Both the position numbers and the translations under genes were made by a program. From NCBI GenBank assembly GCA_943789275.1, contig CALSTM010000003.1:570001-602000 (forward strand): a DNA stretch of 32,000 nucleotides, given 5' to 3'. The DNA is from Candidatus Poseidoniaceae archaeon. Lineage in GTDB: Archaea; Thermoplasmatota; Poseidoniia; Poseidoniales; Poseidoniaceae. Within the stretch, counting starts at the first letter, position 1. Every line of letters begins with the position of its first letter. Positions 1-6,141 of this stretch are shown piece after piece. The notes beneath the pieces were generated by a model. That model saw nothing but the letters and a program-made list of their open reading frames with translations, ran no database searches and was not told the origin of the DNA.

Positions 1-1
1 G

Positions 2-823
2 GCCGTTGCTGTGTCTGCTGGAGGTTCCCACATCTGCGCCATCCTTGACAACGGCGACCTGAAGTGTTGGGGGCGGGACAATTACGGACAGTTGGGCGAC
101 GGTGGAAGCAACACGGACACCAACGCACCTTCATCCACCGCCATCAACCTCGGCACGGGCCGAACGGCCGTTGCGGTGGCTGCTGGATCTTACCATGAGT
201 TTACCTGTGCCATCCTTGACAACGGCGACCTGAAGTGTTGGGGGCGGGACACTTCGGGACAGTTGGGCGATGGAGCAGGCACCAATAACCTCAACGCACC
301 TTCTTCCACGCCGATTGACCTTGGCAGTGGCCGAACGGCCGTTGCGGTGTCTGCTGGAAGTGCCCACGCCTGCGCCATCCTTGACAACGGTGACCTGAAG
401 TGTTGGGGGTCTAACTCCTTTGGGTCGTTGGGCGATGGAGGAAGCCACGCGTACACCAACGCACCTTCATCCACCGCCATCAACCTCGGCACGGGCCGAA
501 CGGCCGTTGCTGTGTCTGCTGGAAATGGCTTCACCTGCGCCATCCTTGACAACGGTGAGGCGAAGTGTTGGGGGTATGACTACAGTGGACAGTTGGGCGA
601 TGGAGGAAGCAACACGAACACCAACGCACCTTCATCCACCGCCATCAACCTCGGCACGGGCCGAACGGCCGTTGCGGTGGCTGGTGGAAATGGCCACAAC
701 TGCGCCATCCTTGACAACGGTGAGGCGAAGTGTTGGGGGTATAACTCCCAAGGAGAGTTGGGCGACGGTGGAAGCAACACCAATCAGGGTTCACCGGTAG
801 CTGTTTCTGGCAGCAACACCTGG
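2..823 (+). repeat. RCC1-type beta-propeller blades (5 in window) of protein A
   Basis: ~159-bp periodic units carry CAILDNG..KCWG and TGRTAVAV[AS]AG. The minus- and plus-strand shadow ORFs between 131 and 857 reflect this periodicity. Confidence 0.85.
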
Positions 824-2815
824 GATGCCACGACCACCATCGCCACTTGGGAAACACACCCTGCTTTACCAGCGGGCATGAGCATCTCAGGCGGTACGAT
901 CAGCGGCACACCTTCGGTCTATGCGACCAATCAAACCTACACGATTTACGCCAATAAGAGCGGTTATTCAACCACGCACGAGTTGTACTTTAGCGTGGAT
1001 ACAGACAATGCGCATACCGTCGTTGAAAATCAGACGATTGATCCAATTGGCTTCCATCCTCCGTTCTGGAACGGTACGACCGCTTGGACGGTCTCACCTG
1101 CCTTGCCGGGCAACCTCTCCATCAACGGAAGCACCGGTGAAATCACCGGAACGGTCAACGGAACGCTGACCAACACCACCTACACGGTGACAGCGACGCA
1201 CAGTGGCTCAGGCGCTGCAACGGAAACCTTCTCGTTCAACTTGCAGAGTCTTGCTGATTACGATGGCGACGGTCTTGCCAACGACTTGCCAAGCGATTAC
1301 GATGCAGCTGAAGGGCCAACCTCTGGTCTTGTTGCTGACGATGATGACGACGGCGACGGCCTTGCCGACAGCATCGAAACGAATACTGGAACCTACATTG
1401 ACGCCAGCGATACGGGCACCGACCCATTGAATCCAGACACCGACGGTGATGGTATCTGCGACGGACCAAATGCAGTACCTCCAATCTGTGTTGCAGGTCC
1501 AGACATGGACCCGAACGGTGAGAGTTTCCCACCAACCTTGGTGGCCATCAACAACACCGCCATCTCAACGCTTGCTCCATACTTGGCAGTAAGCGGTGGA
1601 ACGTACGAAATTGCACCCGACTTGCCAGCAACCCTGTCACTTGACCCCGCAACCGGTGAAATCACCGGTACACCGACCGAAACCATCACCAACACGACCT
1701 TCACCATGTGGTCGAACAACTCCAACGGTGATTCTCTCTCGTGGAACTTCACCATTGAAATCTTGGAAGACAGCGACGGCGACGGAATGCCAAACGAACT
1801 TCCGGGCGATTATGATCCAACCAACCCTGATGCACCTGGCCTTGTGGAAGACACTGACGATGATAACGACGGACTTTCCGACACCAACGAATCAGAGATT
1901 GGCACCAATCCACTCAACCCAGATACAGACGGCGACGGTATGTGCGACGGACCTGTGGCTTCGCCACCAGACTGCGTTGCTGGCCCTGACGCCTTCCCGC
2001 TTGACCCTGCTGGCGACACCGATACAGACGGCGACGGCAACCCAGACACGCTTAACCCTCCTTCAAACAGCGACCCTGCTTTGGTTGAGGACTTGGACGA
2101 CGACGGTGACGGCTTGGACGACGTGAACGAAACGGGCACGGGCATCTACAACAGCAGCACTGACACGGGAACCGACCCGCTTGACCCAGACACCGATAAC
2201 GACGGTATTTGCGACGGACCGAACGCTGTCTATGACGTTCAAGGCAACCTCATCTGCGTTGCTGGACCTGACGATACACCGTTTGGCGAAGCTGCGGAAG
2301 GGGTTGTGTATGGCTTGAACAACACACAGTTCTCAAGTCTCGTACCGCCTTACCAATTGCCTGGTGCAACATGGAGTATTTCTCCAGACTTGCCTGATGG
2401 ACTGAGCATTGACCCAGTCAGCGGAATCATCAGCGGAACACCGACTGAAGTGATGGACAACATCACCTTCACCATTTTCGGCATCGCTCTGATACCTCAT
2501 CCATCACCTTTGATTTCAACTTGCAAATTTTGGAAGACACTGACCGCGACGGTCTGCCCAACGACCTGCCCGACGATTATCCGGTTGACGGAGAACTCAT
2601 CGAAGACTTGGACGACGACGGTGATGGTGCTTCTGACCTCTCAGAAACCGGTACTGGAATCTACAACGGAACGGATGACATGGGTACAGACCCGCTTGAT
2701 CCTGATACGGATGATGACGGAATCTGTGACGGTCCAAACGATGTTCTGCCGCAATGTATCGGTGGTCCTGACTCCAATCCGTTTGGTACTGGACCGCTCG
2801 GGCCTACAGTTTTAG
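2..2815 (+). CDS. Surface protein A, fragment 1 of 3 (5' end off-window): RCC1 beta-propeller blades, then alternating He_PIG-type Ig-like domains and TSP3 Ca-binding repeats
   Basis: Frame 2 is open to the window start (AVAVSAGGSHICAILDNGDLKCWG...). Five ~53-aa blades carry CAILDNG[DE].KCWG....GQLGDG (RCC1 signature). Ig-like motifs LP.G[LM]S....G.I[ST]GTP and many D.D.DG..D loops follow. Family-consistent translation ends at ~2487. Positions 2488-2815 in this frame (ALIPHPSPLISTCKFWKTL...) look like out-of-frame read-through. Confidence 0.85.
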   Translation, partial: AVAVSAGGSHICAILDNGDLKCWGRDNYGQLGDGGSNTDTNAPSSTAINLGTGRTAVAVAAGSYHEFTCAILDNGDLKCWGRDTSGQLGDGAGTNNLNAPSSTPIDLGSGRTAVAVSAGSAHACAILDNGDLKCWGSNSFGSLGDGGSHAYTNAPSSTAINLGTGRTAVAVSAGNGFTCAILDNGEAKCWGYDYSGQLGDGGSNTNTNAPSSTAINLGTGRTAVAVAGGNGHNCAILDNGEAKCWGYNSQGELGDGGSNTNQGSPVAVSGSNTWDATTTIATWETHPALPAGMSISGGTISGTPSVYATNQTYTIYANKSGYSTTHELYFSVDTDNAHTVVENQTIDPIGFHPPFWNGTTAWTVSPALPGNLSINGSTGEITGTVNGTLTNTTYTVTATHSGSGAATETFSFNLQSLADYDGDGLANDLPSDYDAAEGPTSGLVADDDDDGDGLADSIETNTGTYIDASDTGTDPLNPDTDGDGICDGPNAVPPICVAGPDMDPNGESFPPTLVAINNTAISTLAPYLAVSGGTYEIAPDLPATLSLDPATGEITGTPTETITNTTFTMWSNNSNGDSLSWNFTIEILEDSDGDGMPNELPGDYDPTNPDAPGLVEDTDDDNDGLSDTNESEIGTNPLNPDTDGDGMCDGPVASPPDCVAGPDAFPLDPAGDTDTDGDGNPDTLNPPSNSDPALVEDLDDDGDGLDDVNETGTGIYNSSTDTGTDPLDPDTDNDGICDGPNAVYDVQGNLICVAGPDDTPFGEAAEGVVYGLNNTQFSSLVPPYQLPGATWSISPDLPDGLSIDPVSGIISGTPTEVMDNITFTIFGIALIPHPSPLISTCKFWKTLTATVCPTTCPTIIRLTENSSKTWTTTVMVLLTSQKPVLESTTERMTWVQTRLILIRMMTESVTVQTMFCRNVSVVLTPIRLVLDRSGLQF

Positions 2816-5091
2816 TCAACAATTCGATGACTGCACCAATTCCTCCAGCAAACCCAGTACCAGGTGCAGTTTGGGAAGTCTCTCCTGACTTGCCGGATGG
2901 CCTCGTGCTCGACCCAGCAACGGGAATCATTACCGGAACGCCAACACAATCAATGGACAACACGACGTTCACCATGTGGGCCAACACAACCACGCCAAGC
3001 ATGTCGATTATCTCGACGTTCTGGCTTGAAGTGCTTGAGGACAGCGACGGTGATGGAATGCCAGACGCACTTCCAGACGATTATCCTGACATGAATCCAC
3101 CTTACGATTTGGTCGAAGATTTGGACGACGATAACGACGGTATGTCGGATGACGATGAAGCAATCATTGGAACCGACCCTACCAATCCTGATTCAGACGG
3201 CGACGGATTCTGTGATGGTAACGGAACGGGCGATGGCGACTGCTATGCAGGACCTGACTCCTCACCGCTTGACCCAGCACTGCCAGCCAATACTGATGGT
3301 GATGCGTATCCTGATGACGACCCAGACGGTGAAGGCGGCTTAGTTGCTGATACCGATGACGACAACGATGGTTTCCTTGATACCCGTGAATTGGAGTGTC
3401 TATCTGACTCTCTCGATGCGACAGACGTGCCTGAAGACCTTGATGGTGACGGGGAATGTGATGCATTAGACGACGATATTGACGGTGACGGATTGATCAA
3501 CGATCTTGAATCCAATACTGGTGTTTACAATCCACCTTTCGAAACAGGAACAGACCCTCGTAATGCTGACACCGATGGTGACGGCGTTTGCGATGGCGAC
3601 GAATCTCCACCGAACAACAATTGCACTGCAGGACACGATGCGTTCCCGCTTGACCCTGCAGCTCACGCAGACACTGACGGTGACGGGTTCCCTGACGAAC
3701 TGTTCGGAAATTCAACCAGCACTCCTCCACTCACGCTCGATATGGACGATGACAACGATGGATGGACCGACGTTGATGAAACGGCGTGCGGCACAGACAG
3801 TTTGGATGACGCAAGTACACCCGTTGATACCGATGTAGACGGCATTTGTGATGCACTGGATGACCTGTTGGATCTACCGTTTACGATGACATACCCAACC
3901 CAAAATCTAACCATTGGAGTTGGCGAAGAAATGATCCCTTTCCTGCCGAATATTACCGGTTTAGGAGAGGTTGCAACGTGGGAAATCAGTGGAGAATTGC
4001 CCGATGGCCTCACCTTTGGTTGGAGTCCTGCTCGAGATGCCTTGTTGGATGGAAGTATTCGCGGAACACCACTGAATGCCTCGGAAATGAGCAACCTCAC
4101 CATCTGGGCGAACAATTCTGCTTACAGTCAATCGTTCGAAGTGTCTCTCACCGTCAACGATGTTGTTTCAGATGACAGTGATGGTGATGCTGAATCCAGT
4201 CTCAAGTGGGGTTACATCTGTTGTCCTTTACTGCTGTTGATTTTGCTTGCAGTGTTCTTAATCTTCATGCCAAATGAAAAGACCGTTTTGAAAGATGCAG
4301 AGCCTGAACATACGGTTGTGAAACCAAGAACAAAGAAAGGCAGTGGAACAGAAGATGATCCGTTTGTGTTGAAATCGATTAAGGGTGTAAAACCTGGAAG
4401 TCTTGTTTACAGCAAAGAAATCATCACAATCGATGAGATTTCCCCGAACCTTTTGATTAAGTGTGAAGACCGTAACAGTTCTTCGAAGTTCCAAAGCATG
4501 AAATTGTCAAATGAACTGCTTGAAACAGACAGTGAAGAGGATGAACCAGCACTGATTTCTACAGCAATTAATGCGACTGAACACGGTGTCATTCGTTTCA
4601 AGTTGGTCTACGATGACAGCGAATTGCCAACATTTGCAGGCCAGACCGTCAAGGCCTTGGTTAAGGTTGGTAACAATTCTGTCTACTTCCTTTGGGAAAT
4701 TGAAATCAAGAAAGATTCAGATTGGCAGAAAAAGATGGCTGCGAGTGATGCAGAATCCGACGATGAATCTGGAAACGCTGTCGTCGAGTACGTCACTGAA
4801 AAAGCGACGGTTGCCAAAGAGAAAACGCACTCCGTTCTTGATATGGATGGCGACGGTAAACTCACCGTTGAAGACGTTAAGCGCGGTGCTACTCAAATGG
4901 CAGAAAACGCCAAGAAGGGCGTTGAAATCGTCAAAGAGAAGGTTGTTGCTGCTAAGGTTGCGACCGACGCCAAGCTTGCCGAAAGAAAAGCTGCTAAGGA
5001 AACCAAGGCTGCCAAGCAAGCCAAGGCCCAAGCCGATGCAGATGCCAAGGAAGCCAAAGCTGCAGAACAGAAGGCTGCGCAAGGAGGCTGA
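2521..5091 (+). CDS. Surface protein A, fragment 2 of 3: Ig-like/TSP3 modules, membrane-proximal Ig-like domain, TM helix, cytoplasmic juxtamembrane domain, start of Ala/Lys/Glu-rich helix
   Basis: Frame 1 is open from 2449. Homology resumes at 2488 (SDTSSITFDFNLQILEDTDRDG), matching the paralogous junctions SLSWNFTIEILEDSDGDG and IISTFWLEVLEDSDGDG. The fragment is collinear with gene B from its TSP3 block through the TM and the AEPEHT...GSGT..DPFV segment. The ORF-track start TTG 2521 is only the first start-like codon. Confidence 0.85.
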   Translation: MQILEDTDRDGLPNDLPDDYPVDGELIEDLDDDGDGASDLSETGTGIYNGTDDMGTDPLDPDTDDDGICDGPNDVLPQCIGGPDSNPFGTGPLGPTVLVNNSMTAPIPPANPVPGAVWEVSPDLPDGLVLDPATGIITGTPTQSMDNTTFTMWANTTTPSMSIISTFWLEVLEDSDGDGMPDALPDDYPDMNPPYDLVEDLDDDNDGMSDDDEAIIGTDPTNPDSDGDGFCDGNGTGDGDCYAGPDSSPLDPALPANTDGDAYPDDDPDGEGGLVADTDDDNDGFLDTRELECLSDSLDATDVPEDLDGDGECDALDDDIDGDGLINDLESNTGVYNPPFETGTDPRNADTDGDGVCDGDESPPNNNCTAGHDAFPLDPAAHADTDGDGFPDELFGNSTSTPPLTLDMDDDNDGWTDVDETACGTDSLDDASTPVDTDVDGICDALDDLLDLPFTMTYPTQNLTIGVGEEMIPFLPNITGLGEVATWEISGELPDGLTFGWSPARDALLDGSIRGTPLNASEMSNLTIWANNSAYSQSFEVSLTVNDVVSDDSDGDAESSLKWGYICCPLLLLILLAVFLIFMPNEKTVLKDAEPEHTVVKPRTKKGSGTEDDPFVLKSIKGVKPGSLVYSKEIITIDEISPNLLIKCEDRNSSSKFQSMKLSNELLETDSEEDEPALISTAINATEHGVIRFKLVYDDSELPTFAGQTVKALVKVGNNSVYFLWEIEIKKDSDWQKKMAASDAESDDESGNAVVEYVTEKATVAKEKTHSVLDMDGDGKLTVEDVKRGATQMAENAKKGVEIVKEKVVAAKVATDAKLAERKAAKETKAAKQAKAQADADAKEAKAAEQKAAQGG
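3040..3883 (+). other. Long TSP3-like Asp-rich Ca-binding block of protein A
   Basis: Repeated D.D.DG.[PC]D / DTDDDNDG loops with conserved Cys (DGICDG, DGVCDG). It is collinear with 23524-24335 in gene B, including ...ACGTDSLDDASTPVDTD.D.ICD.LD.LLDLPF. Confidence 0.7.
4216..4269 (+). other. Transmembrane helix of protein A
   Basis: ICCPLLLLILLAVFLIFM is preceded by an acidic stalk (DDSDGDAESS) and followed by Lys-rich sequence. Confidence 0.8.
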
Positions 5092-5470
5092 AGCAAGCCA
5101 AGGCTGCTGAAGAGAAGGCTGCTAAGGAAGCCAAAGCACAAGCTGATGCTGACGCAAAGGCTGCCAAGCAAGCCAAGGCTGCTGAAGAGAAGGCTGAGAA
5201 GGAAGCTGAGAAGCAAGCCAAGGCCCAAGCCGATGCAGATGCCAAGCAAGCCAAGGCTGCTGAAGAGAAGGCTGAGAAGGAAGCTGAGAAGCAAGCCAAG
5301 GCCCAAGCCGATGCAGATGCCAAGGAAGCCAAAGCACAAGCTGATGCTGACGCAAAGGCTGCTAAGGAAGCCAAGGCTGCTGAAGAGAAGGCGGCTAAGG
5401 AAGCCAAGGCTGCTGAAGAGAAGGCTGAGAAGGAAGCTGCTGCCAAGAAGAAGGCTGAGAAGAAACCAGC
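4948..5470 (+). repeat. Ala/Lys/Glu/Gln-rich low-complexity helical region of protein A (contains frameshift 2 and a perfect 78-bp tandem duplication)
   Basis: AKQAKAQADADAKEAKAAE... composition. Units 5169-5246 and 5247-5324 are identical. Confidence 0.85.
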
Positions 5471-6086
5471 ATCGAAGGAAGTCAAGAAAAAGGAAGAACT
5501 CAAGCGGGTTCAAGAACGCTCGGAAACGATTGACTTTTCGATTCTTGGAACAGCCAAGGCAAGCGACAAAGACGACCTTCAAGTCATGAAGGGTATTGGC
5601 CCATTCATTGAAGAAAAGCTCAATGCGCTCGGAATCTACACTTACCTACAAGTCTCGAAGATGACCTCAAAACTTGAAACAGACGTCAACGAGGCCATCG
5701 AGTTCTTCCCTGGCCGTGTCAAGCGAGACCAATGGGTCAACCAGGCGAAGATTTTGCTCGGTGAGGACGTGAAACTCGATGAGAAGGCACTCAAGCAAGC
5801 CGAAGACCTCGAACGAATCTCCAAGAAGGCTGAGTCAATTGACTTCGCTACGCTTGGTGTTGCAAGCGCTTCCGAGAAGGACTCGCTGCAGACAATCAAA
5901 GGGATTGGTCCGTTTATTGAAGAGAAGTTGAATGCGCTTGGTATTTACACCTTCGAACAAGTTGGAAACATGACGCCTGATATTGAAGAACAGGTCAACA
6001 AGGCCATCGAGTTCTTCCCAGGCCGTGTCAAGCGAGACCAATGGGCGAAGCAGTCAAGGGCTCTTCACGAACAAACTACTAAGTGA
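5091..6086 (+). CDS. Surface protein A, fragment 3 of 3: rest of Ala/Lys/Glu-rich helix plus two C-terminal helix-hairpin-helix modules
   Basis: Frame 0 has no ATG/GTG/TTG before 5586, which explains ORF track 5586..6086. From 5091 it translates as KQAKAAEEKAAKEAKAQADADAK..., continuous with fragment 2 and collinear with the gene B C-terminus. Stop TGA is at 6084-6086. Confidence 0.8.
   Translation, partial: KQAKAAEEKAAKEAKAQADADAKAAKQAKAAEEKAEKEAEKQAKAQADADAKQAKAAEEKAEKEAEKQAKAQADADAKEAKAQADADAKAAKEAKAAEEKAAKEAKAAEEKAEKEAAAKKKAEKKPASKEVKKKEELKRVQERSETIDFSILGTAKASDKDDLQVMKGIGPFIEEKLNALGIYTYLQVSKMTSKLETDVNEAIEFFPGRVKRDQWVNQAKILLGEDVKLDEKALKQAEDLERISKKAESIDFATLGVASASEKDSLQTIKGIGPFIEEKLNALGIYTFEQVGNMTPDIEEQVNKAIEFFPGRVKRDQWAKQSRALHEQTTK
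5571..6068 (+). other. Two tandem helix-hairpin-helix modules (COG3743/NuoE C-terminal-extension-like) of protein A
   Basis: The pattern L[QK].[IM]KGIGPFIEEKLNALGIYT..Q......[DE]....AIEFFPGRVKRDQW..Q[AS] occurs twice. It matches my memory of the L..I.G[IV]GP..E..L...GI..F.Q[IV]A...........F.GR[IV].R[DE].W..QA motif family. Confidence 0.55.
5589..6053 (+). repeat. 465-bp tract 100% identical to 26149-26613 (copy 1)
   Basis: Line-by-line comparison at offset 20,560 bp found no mismatch. Flanks diverge immediately: 5576, 5579 and 5588 upstream, and 6054 onward downstream. Confidence 0.95.
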
Positions 6087-6108
6087 TTAAACCCGTTATG
6101 AAAGGCTT

Positions 6109-6127
6109 CAAAACCTTTATGCAATAA
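6109..6127 (+). promoter_or_regulatory. Possible archaeal BRE/TATA-like element upstream of gene B
   Basis: AAAACCTTTATGCAATAA is centred ~24 nt upstream of ATG 6142, a spacing compatible with a leaderless transcript. The A-B intergenic region is only 55 bp, so co-transcription is equally possible. Confidence 0.25.
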
Positions 6128-6141
6128 GGGGTCGAAGAATC

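Noticed and set aside
131-857. Six overlapping 60-126-aa ORFs on both strands within the RCC1 region of gene A
   Set aside because: They overlap a strongly supported frame-2 coding sequence, follow its 159-bp periodicity, and translate to low-complexity P/R/A-rich strings. They are shadow ORFs.
2470-2490. Programmed -1 ribosomal frameshifting at frameshift 1 (and likewise at 5077-5093 and 28911-28921)
   Set aside because: I saw no X_XXY_YYZ slippery heptamer, no obvious downstream stem-loop or pseudoknot, and no homopolymer. The shifts fall in the middle of folded repeat units, where a truncated product would make no structural sense.
5146-5589. Plus-strand ORFs translating the Ala/Lys/Glu repeats as R/K/P/L-rich peptides (5146..5589, 4571..5110, 25331..25837)
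   Set aside because: These are out-of-frame readings of the repeat. The frame giving AKAEADAK... is continuous with the conserved flanking domains.
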